A stretch of 64,000 nucleotides of DNA from positions 8,645 to 72,644 of IMG/VR virus record IMGVR_UViG_3300032562_000014. One strand, written 5' to 3'. Below are positions 9,826-19,453 of this stretch, piece by piece. Numbering within the stretch: the stretch's first letter is position 1; every line of letters begins with the position of its first letter. The notes beneath the pieces were generated by a model. The model was not told where the DNA came from. It saw only the letters and a list, made by a program, of their open reading frames with translations, and searched no databases. The stretch is from a virus. The position numbers and the translations under genes are program-made.

Positions 9826-10296
9826 ATGGATAACACACTTACTTTCTCCCAGAACTGCGCCAATCTGGTAATGGATTCAGAAGGCTTTGTGCCTCACCCA
9901 TATGTTGACCCGGCATCAGGTGGCGAGCCGATAACTATAGCATTTGGCAGCACTCATTATTGTGATGGTACCAAAGTAACCATGTCGGACAGCCTGGTAT
10001 CGCAAGAAGATGGCGAGGCTATGTTGCTATGCACACTGAATACCCATGTTTTGCCTTCTATCCAACAGGTAGTAACATCGGACATCAATCAAAACCAACT
10101 GGATGCGCTGGGAGATTTTGTGTATAACCTGGGCATCGGTAATTTCAAAAGCAGCACACTTTTGAAAAAGGTTAACACTGATTCATCAGACGCAACTATT
10201 GCAGATGAATTTGCGAAGTGGAACAAAGCTGGCGGAAAGGTAATGAATGGCCTTACCATCAGGCGGCAAAAAGAGTCTGATTTGTACTTTTCGTAA
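9826..10296 (+). CDS. Endolysin, GH24 phage lysozyme
   Basis: Catalytic E-x8-D-x-T-like motif SEGFVPHPYVDPASGGEPITIAFGST, plus QNQLDALGDFVYNLG and GLTIRRQKE. Confidence 0.92.
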   Translation: MDNTLTFSQNCANLVMDSEGFVPHPYVDPASGGEPITIAFGSTHYCDGTKVTMSDSLVSQEDGEAMLLCTLNTHVLPSIQQVVTSDINQNQLDALGDFVYNLGIGNFKSSTLLKKVNTDSSDATIADEFAKWNKAGGKVMNGLTIRRQKESDLYFS

Positions 10297-10332
10297 GTTT
10301 ATATATCTTTACAAAAATATACCCCCACTACA

Positions 10333-13300
10333 ATGCGTTTTTTGAGAAGGCTTTTTCTGTTCATTTTTGCCTTGATTCTGATAGGCATTTGCTCCCGGTC
10401 TTTCGGACAGCAGGTATTTCCAATAGGTAATCCAACAGCCATAAACAGGGCACTCGGAGAGTATGCTGCGGATAGCGCACTGAAAGCGCCAAAGGTAAAA
10501 AAAGTGTTTCCTAACTTTGATAGTACGGGGAATATTGCTGTAGTAGGAGGTATTTTGTATTACCATGACGGCAACCACTGGGCGGCAGTAGATACAGGTG
10601 CAGGAACTGGTGTAACTTTAGTGCAACTTAATGACAGCCTCGCGAACTACCTGAAATTGAAGGATAGCACTACTAAGTGGGTCACGATAACACAACTCAA
10701 TGACAGTTTTGGCACACACCATAGCGCCGACAGCACGGTGTTCTCCACTATTTACCGCAACGACACAGGAAACAAGGCAATACGCGCCATTGTCATTGAT
10801 CTCATTCAAAGCTACGGTATAGCCATTACAGGAGCGGCAGGGCAGACTGTAGGCTCTTCCCCTGGCTGGGTAATATCAACAGATACTACGAAGATACCTC
10901 CCTTTACTGATACGTTGCCCGGCAACAGGAAGCTGGTTACGCCTACTTATCTTGCGGCACAGGGATATGGCACCGGTACGGTAACATCAGTAACAGCCAA
11001 CCCATTATCTCCTCTGTTTACGACATCAGTAGCTACGGCAACAACTACTCCGGCAATATCCTTCACGCTTAATACTCAATCTGCAAACCTTGTATTTGCT
11101 GGGCCATCTTCCGGTGGTGCTGCGGCCCCGACATTTCGATCATTGGTGTCACCTGATATTCCTTCACTCACTGGTGGGCAAGTAGGCATATCGGGTTTAT
11201 CTGCGACAGGCACTCCTTCGTCTACTACATTTCTTCGTGGGGATAATACATGGTCTGCTGCCGGTACAGGCACGGTGACCTCTGTGGGCTTATCCACGCC
11301 ATCCATATTTTCAGTTACGCCCACTCCGATAACTACGGCTGGTACATTTTCTGTTACGGCGGTACCTGAAACGGCTAATACCTTTTGGGGTGCGCCAAAT
11401 GGCAGTACTGGTCAGCCAACATTTCGCACATTGGTATCTGCCGATCTTCCCGGAGGTACGGGTACGGTAACATCAATAGCCACAACAAGCCCTTTGACCG
11501 GCGGGACAATTACTACTACAGGAACTTTGGGAATCACCCAGGCCAGCACAATAAACAGTGGGTATCTTTCTTCTGTAGACTGGAATACTTTCAATGGGAA
11601 ACTTTCATCGGCAGTTACCAGCGTGGGGTTGTCTACTCCTTCTATATTCTCTGTTTCGCCAACATCTATTACTTCAACTGGTGTGTTTACGGTTACTGCT
11701 GTGTCGGAAACGGCGAACACCGTATGGGCGGCTCCTAATGGTAGTTCAGGCCAGCCAACATTCAGGGCATTAGTTGCGGCGGATCTTCCGGCAGGAACCG
11801 GTACTGTTACATCAGTATCAAATAGTGATGGAACCTTAACCGTTACCCCTACAACAGGTGCTGTAGTTGCTTCAATAAACCTTACCAATGCTAATACATG
11901 GGGAGGTTTACAAACATTTCATGGTATAAAGTTAACTGACGGAAGTAATATAGATTGTGGCTCTACAACAGGCACTATTATAGCTACCGACCCTACACAT
12001 AAACTTGGGTTTTATAACACCACTCCGGTGGTGCAGCAAACGGGGGATATTAGAACGGGATTAAGTAATCTTGGTTTAATAACATTGGGTACTTTGAGTG
12101 CATCCAGCATTACAGGCACGTTAGGCACAGGTAACGGCGGTACAGGAGCGACTACGCAAACGAGTGTAAATACTATTTCTATAACTTACGGGGCAAATAA
12201 TACAATTACAGCAGCCCCATCAGGCTCCGCAGGTGGCGACCTCACAGGAACATACCCAAATCCTACACTTGCAGCGGCGGGAACGGCGGGAACTTACGGG
12301 AGTGCCACACAAACACCTGTTTTTACTACAGATAGTAAAGGAAGGGTAACAGCGGTAACTAATACGACCATTACGCCTGCTTATGCGAATGTGACGGGAA
12401 CGCCTGTTATTTCACTTACGGTAAATGGCGTTACGGGCAATAACAATACAGCAATAACGGTGAACCCTATACCTACAGGAGTATCAGCGGGGACTTGTAC
12501 TTATTGCACTATTACACACAATATATATGGCGAGGCTACGGCTTATAGTAACGGCACAAACCCTGTTACCTCCATAGTGGCAGGCACGAATGTAACCACA
12601 TCAGGCACTACGGTAGTAACCGTAAATGTACCATCTATACCTTATTCAAGTGTAACAGGTACTCCTGTAATAAGTGCAACTGTTAATGGTGTGACTGTGA
12701 ATAACAATACAGCAGTAACAGTAAATGCTACACCGTCTGGCAATGCAGGCGGCAGCTTAACTGGAACGTACCCTAATCCAACTATTGCGGCAAGCGGGGT
12801 GACAGCTGCGGCTTATGGAGGAGCAAATTCAATACCAATAGTTACAGTAGGAACAGACGGAAGAGTAACTTCAGTAACTACTGTAAACCCATATTCTACA
12901 GGAGGAACTGTAACAAGTGTAGGTTTGACAACTCCTTCTATATTTTCTGTGACGCCTACTCCTATAACCACTTCTGGGACGTTTAGTGTAACCGCTGTGC
13001 CTGAATCAGCAAACACTTTTTGGGCTGCGCCAAACGGCAGCAGTGGTCAGCCAACATTTAGAACAATAGGAACAGCAGATGTACCAACGCTGAATCAGTC
13101 AACAACTGGATCAGCTGGAAGTCTTTCTCCTGGTGCAAATATAAATGGGGTGTCTTTTACAGGCTCATCAAATATAACAGTTACAGCCGCAGCAAATACG
13201 CTAACAACAGCAACATTAAACCCTACAGTTGTTACATCTTCGTTAACTTCAGTAGGAACAATAACAAGCGGTATTTGGAATGGTACAACAATTGCTCAAT

Positions 13301-16300
13301 CAAGCGGAGGAACAGGGGCGACAACTCAAACTTCTGTTAATACAACTCCAATAACATATGGGGCGAATAATACAATAACAGCTGTGCCTTCTGGTAATGC
13401 TGGTGGAGACTTGACTGGGACATACCCTAATCCCACATTAGCAGCAACAGGAACATCTGGAACATATGGAGGGAGCAACGCTATACCAATCGTTACGACG
13501 GATTCAAAGGGAAGAATAACTTCAATCACAACAGTCAACCCAGTTTCTGCGCCAGTTTCTTCAGTTTCAAATTCAGATGGAACATTGACTATATCACCCA
13601 CAACAGGATCAGTAGTTGGATCGTTGAATTTAGCTAACGCAGACACATGGACAGCATTACAGACTTTCAACAAAGGCATTGTTTTTCCTTCTTTAAATGT
13701 AACACCAGCAACTCCAACAACAGGAAATACCGTATTTACAAATAGTGTAAATGTTTTGACCTCGTTAAACAACAACGGCTTTCAAACAGGATTAGACTTT
13801 ACGGGCAATACAGCCAATAGAATATATACAGGAGCAAATCATAATTTCACATTTGATAATTTAAGCACAAGCACAACTACAACAAATGGCTATTTTAAAG
13901 GTTCTGGCGGTTTAGGAACATTTGTAACTTCAATACCAAATGGCGATTTAGCAAACAGTTCAATAACAATAAACGGAACATCAACTTCTTTGGGCGGAAG
14001 CGTTTTGACAGGAACGGTCAATGCGGTTTCAATCGCATCAGCAAACGGCTTTGGAGGCACTTCTTCAGGTGGTGCAACACCTGCTTTAACGATAACAACT
14101 TCTATTAATGGATTGATGGAAGGAAATGGAACAGCAGCAGTCATAGCAACAAGCACAAACGTTTTGTCTGCTTTAGGAACACAACCGAATCATACATTCT
14201 TAGGCAACAATACAGGTTCAGCAGCTTCAGTGGGATTTTACCAGCCAGCTTATACAGACATATCTGGAACACCAACAATTCAAACAACAATAAATGGGAC
14301 AATTGTAGCAAATGCAACACCCGTTACAGTTAACCCAATACCAGCAGGAACAGCAGGAACGTATGGCTCTGCCACACAAACCCCTGTATTCACCACTAAT
14401 AGTTACGGGGAAGTTACTGGCGTTACTAATACTACGATCACCCCTGCTTACGCCAACGTGACAGGAACGCCGGTTATTCAGACTACCATCAATGGTACCG
14501 TAGTCGCTAATGGTGTACCTGTTACGGTGAATCCTGTACCCACTGCTGTTACTCCTGGAACTTATACGAATACAAACCTTACAGTAAATGCGGCGGGCCA
14601 GATCACAGCAGCAAGTAACGGAGCCGCAGGCGGGGTTACATCAGTGATCGCCGGTACGAACGTGAGCGTGACCGGAACGAGCACGCCGACCGTAAGTGTT
14701 ACCAACTATCCTTATAGCGGGTTGTCTGGCGCTCCGGTGATCCAGGTTACTATTAATGGCACTACGGTAGCTAATGGCACCGTAGTAACAGTTAACCCCA
14801 ATCCCACAGCCGTAACTGCAGGCAGTTATACATATTCCAACATAACTGTTGGTGCAGACGGCAGGCTTACGGCTGCAAGTAATGGTACAGCTCCAACGAC
14901 TTATACAGCAGGTACAGGATTGAGCGGCACAACATCCTTCAGCATCACGCCTGTGACAACTTCTGGTACTTACACAAACGCTACAGTAACAGTAAACGCG
15001 CTGGGACAAATTATCGGGGCGGCCAGCGGGTCAGCTCCGATAACTTATACAGGCGGCCAGAATATCTCTATTACTTCCGGCACCGTAAACCTATCAGGCA
15101 CAATACCTGTTTCTAACGGTGGGACCGGGGTGACCACCACAACGAGTGTTAACGGTACTCCAATATCCTACGGAGTTGGGAATACGCTGCCTATTGGAGT
15201 TACTTCTATTGTGGCCGGGACGAATGTAACGACCACAGGTACAACAACTGTAACTGTAAATGTACCGTCTATACCATATGGCAGCGTAACCGGTACACCT
15301 GTAATATCTGCTACCGTGAATGGTGTTACTGTAAATAACAATACGGGTGTAACCATTACAGCGGCTCCTACAGGCTCCGCAGGTGGTGATCTTGCAGGCA
15401 CATATCCTAACCCAACTGTAGCTACTGCCGCTATTACAGGAACTAAGATAGCGAGTGCGACCGTCACCAATGGTAACCTTGTGAACAATACTGTATCAGT
15501 CAACGGAACGCCCGTTGCCTTAGGCGCGGGGATTACTATAACTGCAGCGCCGAGTGGGAGTGCGGGAGGCGACCTCACAGGAACATATCCTAACCCTACA
15601 TTAGCAGCAACAGCGGTAACAGCGGCAAGCTACGGCAGCAGTACGGCTATTCCGTCATTCACGGTAGATGCTAAGGGTAGATTGACAGCAGCCAGTACTA
15701 ATGCGGTCATTGCACCTGCGGGTACTTTATCGGGTACTACACTTAACAGCGGCGTGGTGTCAAGTTCTTTGACAAGTGTAGGAACTATAACAGCGGGTAC
15801 GTGGAATGGAACGGCTATTGCTAATGCTTATCTCGCCAATAGCACCGTAAGTGTAAACGGCACACCTGTAGCACTCGGAGCGGGAATAACAGTTACAGCG
15901 GCTCCGAGCGGCGCAGCAGGCGGCGACCTTACCGGTACATACCCTAACCCGACCATCGGCGCAGGTAAAGTAACCAATACCGACCTTGCAGGTAGCATAG
16001 CTGCCAGCAAATTGATAGGTACAGACATTGCAACTGTAGGTACAATAACCACAGGTACATGGAACGGAACGGCTATTGCTAATGCGAACCTTGCTAATAG
16101 TAGCTTGACGGTTAACGGCAGCAGCGTTTCTTTGGGTGGGAGCGTAACGGTGAGCGCAGCCCCGAATGGTAGTGCGGGTGGTAGCCTTACAGGTACTTAT
16201 CCTAACCCGACCATAGCGAGTAGCGTTTCTTTGCCCGGCAGCCCGACCACTACAACGCAGGCTATAGACGACAACAGCACCAATATTGCCACGACTGCTT

Positions 16301-16611
16301 ATGTGCAACTTTACATACCCGCAGATACAAGCATATCGGCATCCTACACACTTACATCAAGGGACAGATACAGGACATTGCACAGCACCGCATCGAGCGG
16401 AATTACTTTGACTATACCAACCTCATTAGGTACGAAATTCACATGCACAGTTATTGAAGAGGCGGCGGGTAATGTAACCTTTTCAGCAAGTTCTACAACA
16501 CTAACATTTATACCCACATCAACGACTAAGACAAAGCAAAGCGGCTCTATTGCCACGGTGCGGAGTTGGGCTACAGCAAACAGTTTCACAGTTCAAGGGG
16601 ATTTACAATAA
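10333..16611 (+). CDS. Giant Thr/Gly-rich repetitive fibre/adhesin-like protein with an N-terminal signal peptide
   Basis: 2092 aa. Seven GG(D/S)L(T/A)GTYPNPT repeats, several TSVGL.TPSIFSV...GQPTFR repeats and the fibre motif DDNSTNIATTAYV. N-terminus is MRFLRRLFLFIFALILIGICSRSFG|QQ. Confidence 0.75.
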   Translation: MRFLRRLFLFIFALILIGICSRSFGQQVFPIGNPTAINRALGEYAADSALKAPKVKKVFPNFDSTGNIAVVGGILYYHDGNHWAAVDTGAGTGVTLVQLNDSLANYLKLKDSTTKWVTITQLNDSFGTHHSADSTVFSTIYRNDTGNKAIRAIVIDLIQSYGIAITGAAGQTVGSSPGWVISTDTTKIPPFTDTLPGNRKLVTPTYLAAQGYGTGTVTSVTANPLSPLFTTSVATATTTPAISFTLNTQSANLVFAGPSSGGAAAPTFRSLVSPDIPSLTGGQVGISGLSATGTPSSTTFLRGDNTWSAAGTGTVTSVGLSTPSIFSVTPTPITTAGTFSVTAVPETANTFWGAPNGSTGQPTFRTLVSADLPGGTGTVTSIATTSPLTGGTITTTGTLGITQASTINSGYLSSVDWNTFNGKLSSAVTSVGLSTPSIFSVSPTSITSTGVFTVTAVSETANTVWAAPNGSSGQPTFRALVAADLPAGTGTVTSVSNSDGTLTVTPTTGAVVASINLTNANTWGGLQTFHGIKLTDGSNIDCGSTTGTIIATDPTHKLGFYNTTPVVQQTGDIRTGLSNLGLITLGTLSASSITGTLGTGNGGTGATTQTSVNTISITYGANNTITAAPSGSAGGDLTGTYPNPTLAAAGTAGTYGSATQTPVFTTDSKGRVTAVTNTTITPAYANVTGTPVISLTVNGVTGNNNTAITVNPIPTGVSAGTCTYCTITHNIYGEATAYSNGTNPVTSIVAGTNVTTSGTTVVTVNVPSIPYSSVTGTPVISATVNGVTVNNNTAVTVNATPSGNAGGSLTGTYPNPTIAASGVTAAAYGGANSIPIVTVGTDGRVTSVTTVNPYSTGGTVTSVGLTTPSIFSVTPTPITTSGTFSVTAVPESANTFWAAPNGSSGQPTFRTIGTADVPTLNQSTTGSAGSLSPGANINGVSFTGSSNITVTAAANTLTTATLNPTVVTSSLTSVGTITSGIWNGTTIAQSSGGTGATTQTSVNTTPITYGANNTITAVPSGNAGGDLTGTYPNPTLAATGTSGTYGGSNAIPIVTTDSKGRITSITTVNPVSAPVSSVSNSDGTLTISPTTGSVVGSLNLANADTWTALQTFNKGIVFPSLNVTPATPTTGNTVFTNSVNVLTSLNNNGFQTGLDFTGNTANRIYTGANHNFTFDNLSTSTTTTNGYFKGSGGLGTFVTSIPNGDLANSSITINGTSTSLGGSVLTGTVNAVSIASANGFGGTSSGGATPALTITTSINGLMEGNGTAAVIATSTNVLSALGTQPNHTFLGNNTGSAASVGFYQPAYTDISGTPTIQTTINGTIVANATPVTVNPIPAGTAGTYGSATQTPVFTTNSYGEVTGVTNTTITPAYANVTGTPVIQTTINGTVVANGVPVTVNPVPTAVTPGTYTNTNLTVNAAGQITAASNGAAGGVTSVIAGTNVSVTGTSTPTVSVTNYPYSGLSGAPVIQVTINGTTVANGTVVTVNPNPTAVTAGSYTYSNITVGADGRLTAASNGTAPTTYTAGTGLSGTTSFSITPVTTSGTYTNATVTVNALGQIIGAASGSAPITYTGGQNISITSGTVNLSGTIPVSNGGTGVTTTTSVNGTPISYGVGNTLPIGVTSIVAGTNVTTTGTTTVTVNVPSIPYGSVTGTPVISATVNGVTVNNNTGVTITAAPTGSAGGDLAGTYPNPTVATAAITGTKIASATVTNGNLVNNTVSVNGTPVALGAGITITAAPSGSAGGDLTGTYPNPTLAATAVTAASYGSSTAIPSFTVDAKGRLTAASTNAVIAPAGTLSGTTLNSGVVSSSLTSVGTITAGTWNGTAIANAYLANSTVSVNGTPVALGAGITVTAAPSGAAGGDLTGTYPNPTIGAGKVTNTDLAGSIAASKLIGTDIATVGTITTGTWNGTAIANANLANSSLTVNGSSVSLGGSVTVSAAPNGSAGGSLTGTYPNPTIASSVSLPGSPTTTTQAIDDNSTNIATTAYVQLYIPADTSISASYTLTSRDRYRTLHSTASSGITLTIPTSLGTKFTCTVIEEAAGNVTFSASSTTLTFIPTSTTKTKQSGSIATVRSWATANSFTVQGDLQ

Positions 16612-17252
16612 TGAAAAGGTTATTATTTATACTATGCTTTATACCTGTTATGTGCAATGCGCAGTTGGGCGGATTGAGTGGTGGCGTGACATTGCCATCT
16701 GTTGTGTCTGTTGCTACCACGACCTACGACCCATCCAACAAAGGCAGTAATATCACTTTGTCATCTGGTAACCTTACTTACTCGATAAGCCCTGCTACTT
16801 CATCGTTTGTAAGGGGTACAGTGGGCTACGCAGTAGGTGGTACAGGGATACACCAAGTGGAGATAACGCAAATAACGGGAGGCGGTAATGGTGAACCATG
16901 CGGCATTGTGAATAGTGCCGTAACTAATTACAACCAAGAACCGGCAGCTGGTTTAGGAGCAGGAATGAACTATGTATATTATAATGGAGGGAATATTTAT
17001 AGCAACAACAGTGCTGTTCAAACAGTAGCTTCTTATGTGGCATTGGATAAGGTTGGTTATACATTCAATGCGGTGAGTGGTGCATTACGATTTTATAAGA
17101 ATGGCGTGCAGGTGGGAACACCAATAACGGTATCCAGTTCGGGTACGTGGTATCCTATGAGTGGTGGATATAGTGGTGGCACATGTTCGGGCAGTGTAGT
17201 GTTTATATATGCTTCTATGACTTATCCTATATCCGGGGCAACAAACTGGTAA
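16611..17252 (+). CDS. Secreted SPRY/concanavalin-like domain protein
   Basis: TAATG coupling to the fibre gene. Signal peptide MKRLLFILCFIPVMCNA|Q. SPRY pattern DPSNKGSNITLSSGNLT...DKVG...LRFYKNG...WYP. Confidence 0.7.
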   Translation: MKRLLFILCFIPVMCNAQLGGLSGGVTLPSVVSVATTTYDPSNKGSNITLSSGNLTYSISPATSSFVRGTVGYAVGGTGIHQVEITQITGGGNGEPCGIVNSAVTNYNQEPAAGLGAGMNYVYYNGGNIYSNNSAVQTVASYVALDKVGYTFNAVSGALRFYKNGVQVGTPITVSSSGTWYPMSGGYSGGTCSGSVVFIYASMTYPISGATNW

Positions 17253-17254
17253 TT

Positions 17255-17620
17255 ATGAAAAGAATATTATTTATAGCTTCTTTTTTGGCAAGTGCAATAT
17301 GCAATGCACAGATACACTATGACAGCACATGGAATATGCAATATGTAAATGTTGTACCGTATGTATGTGATAATAAAGGACATACCGCAAACAGGATTTA
17401 CGTAAACGTCATCAATGGTCAAATAACGGCGGAGTATCATGGCCCTGTTTATCTTGATAGTACAGGAAATATATCTGAGAGCGGCAGATTGTGGCAGCAG
17501 CCCTGGGGTTATTTTGAATACATGTTCGGGAAGGATTACACAGATAGAGATACAACAATGCCGCACATTTTCTTATGGCTTGCAGACCCATCGAAACTTA
17601 ATTTAACGATAACCGAATAA
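17255..17620 (+). CDS. Secreted hypothetical protein
   Basis: Signal peptide MKRILFIASFLASAICNA|Q; starts 2 nt after the previous stop. Confidence 0.6.
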   Translation: MKRILFIASFLASAICNAQIHYDSTWNMQYVNVVPYVCDNKGHTANRIYVNVINGQITAEYHGPVYLDSTGNISESGRLWQQPWGYFEYMFGKDYTDRDTTMPHIFLWLADPSKLNLTITE

Positions 17621-17780
17621 CAAAACGGGAAATGAGTACCGAAAATATACAGCAGATAGTAGATATAGCTATGAAGCCAAACGGGCAGACAGCAAACAAG
17701 CACATACTTGTCGTTGTGATCGTGTGCATGATACCTACTATCTTATTCGGCATAGATAACGGCATTGCCTATAGTGCCAT

Positions 17781-17810
17781 AAAAAAGCCACCCATATACA
17801 GGTGGCTTTT
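17781..17810. terminator. Bidirectional intrinsic terminator
   Basis: AAAAAAGCCACC-catataca-GGTGGCTTTT between convergent transcription units. Confidence 0.75.
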
Positions 17811-17831
17811 CTCATTCAGTGTATTCCGTAA

Positions 17832-19421
17832 TTAGCTTTCTGATACCACACATTCTGTGTTCAATAAAAGCTGCGCTATAGAGGCTGCATTCTCCAGCGC
17901 TATCCTGGTTACCTTTACCGGGTCTATAACGCCTGTTTCAAAGAAGTGTTCATACTCCCTTGTTTTGGAATTGTAGCCATAGTCGCCACCGGTCTTTTTT
18001 ACTTCATCAATGATAGCGTCTATGTCTTTTACCCCTGCATTTTGTAGTATAAGGCGAGCCGGTTCGCTTATGGCTTCTTCAACGATAAGTACACCTGTTG
18101 CTTCATCTTTATTGGCTACCTCTATCAGTTGGATAGCCTGTATAGCATTCAGGTAAGCTACACCACCACCGGGCAGCACACCTTCGTCTATGGCCGCGAG
18201 TACAGCACACAGGGCATCTTCAATACGATCTCTTTTTTCTTTCACTTCCGGTTCGGTAACGCCACCTACATAGATAACGCCTATGCCGGATGTGAGTTTT
18301 GCAAGCCGGCCAGCCAGTGCCTTCTTTTCGTAGGGTTGCTTGCTTTCGGCCACCAGTCCTTCGATCATCTTTGCGCGGGCTGCAATGTCAAATTCTTTTC
18401 CGCGAGCGCCGGTGATCAGTGTAGATTCCCGGTCAATAACCACCTTATCTGCATATCCGAGATAGGATGAAGGTGCATTGACTAAATTGTGGCCCTTGTC
18501 GCGGCTGATTAGTGTGCCGTTGGTAATGATGGCAATATCTTCCATGATGTCCTTCGTGATCAGGCCGTCTTTAGGCATCTTTATCACGCATATAGGGCGC
18601 TTCATCTGGGCCACAGTAGCGTTGATGTTTTGCAGGGCTTCTCCGTCCATCTCTTCGCAGATAATAAGGATAGCCTTTTTGTCATTGAGCGAATACTTGA
18701 TCAGCGGCTCTACTTCATTCCACTGGCTTATCTTGTTGTCGCACATCAGTATGTTCACGTTCTCCAGCACTACTACATCGCTGGTATCGGACTGGCGCAT
18801 GTACGGGGATATGTAGCCACGATCTATCTTCACGCCTTCTACCTTTTTTACGTAGGTTTCCCCGGTGAGTGAATCTTCAATGCTCACAAGGCCATGCTCT
18901 CCTACCTGGCACACGATGTCGCTCACCAGTTTACCTATTTCGGTATTGTTATTGGCTGATATGGAAGCGATGTTGATCAACTGCTCCGGGTCGCGGCCTA
19001 TTATTTTGGCAGCCTTACCCAGTTGTTCTACTACGCATTTAGTGCCCTTTTTTATACCTTCTGTGAGATCGGCTGCACTGGCACCTTCATTCAGTTCTTT
19101 GATGCCTTTATTGATTAACTGCTGCACAAGGACTATAGACGTTGTGGTGCCATCACCTGCGGCCTCTGCGGTATTGGTGGCCACCTCTTTCACAAGCTGT
19201 GCGCCCATGTTCTCCAAAGTATCCGGCAACTGGCGTATGCTGCGCGCTACGGTCACTCCGTCCTTTGTGAGATACGGCACAGGTCTGTTCGGGTTAAGGC
19301 TCTGTATCATCACGGTATTGCCGGATGGCCCCAGTGTGGACTTCACGGCATCTGCCAGGATGTTGATGCCATTGCTAAGTTTGGTTCTCGCTTCTTTGTC
19401 AAAATCTACTCTTGTACTCAT
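17832..19421 (-). CDS. groEL: Phage-encoded group I chaperonin GroEL
   Basis: 529 aa. ADAVKSTLGP, TKDGVTVA, AGDGTTTS, EKRDRIEDA, GVLPGGG and GVIDPVKVTR are all present; there is no GGM tail. Confidence 0.95.
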   Translation of the reverse strand: MSTRVDFDKEARTKLSNGINILADAVKSTLGPSGNTVMIQSLNPNRPVPYLTKDGVTVARSIRQLPDTLENMGAQLVKEVATNTAEAAGDGTTTSIVLVQQLINKGIKELNEGASAADLTEGIKKGTKCVVEQLGKAAKIIGRDPEQLINIASISANNNTEIGKLVSDIVCQVGEHGLVSIEDSLTGETYVKKVEGVKIDRGYISPYMRQSDTSDVVVLENVNILMCDNKISQWNEVEPLIKYSLNDKKAILIICEEMDGEALQNINATVAQMKRPICVIKMPKDGLITKDIMEDIAIITNGTLISRDKGHNLVNAPSSYLGYADKVVIDRESTLITGARGKEFDIAARAKMIEGLVAESKQPYEKKALAGRLAKLTSGIGVIYVGGVTEPEVKEKRDRIEDALCAVLAAIDEGVLPGGGVAYLNAIQAIQLIEVANKDEATGVLIVEEAISEPARLILQNAGVKDIDAIIDEVKKTGGDYGYNSKTREYEHFFETGVIDPVKVTRIALENAASIAQLLLNTECVVSES

Positions 19422-19453
19422 AATTATGTATGGTTGGTTGATGAAAAAATGGG

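Noticed and set aside
10618-16589. Numerous antisense ORFs over the fibre gene, and likewise over the portal and cargo genes
   Set aside because: They are shadows of biased codon usage on the coding strand and show no motifs or initiation context.
17632-17835. 67-aa ORF after the secreted genes
   Set aside because: It runs through the bidirectional terminator into the groEL stop. It might be a small membrane peptide, but support is insufficient.
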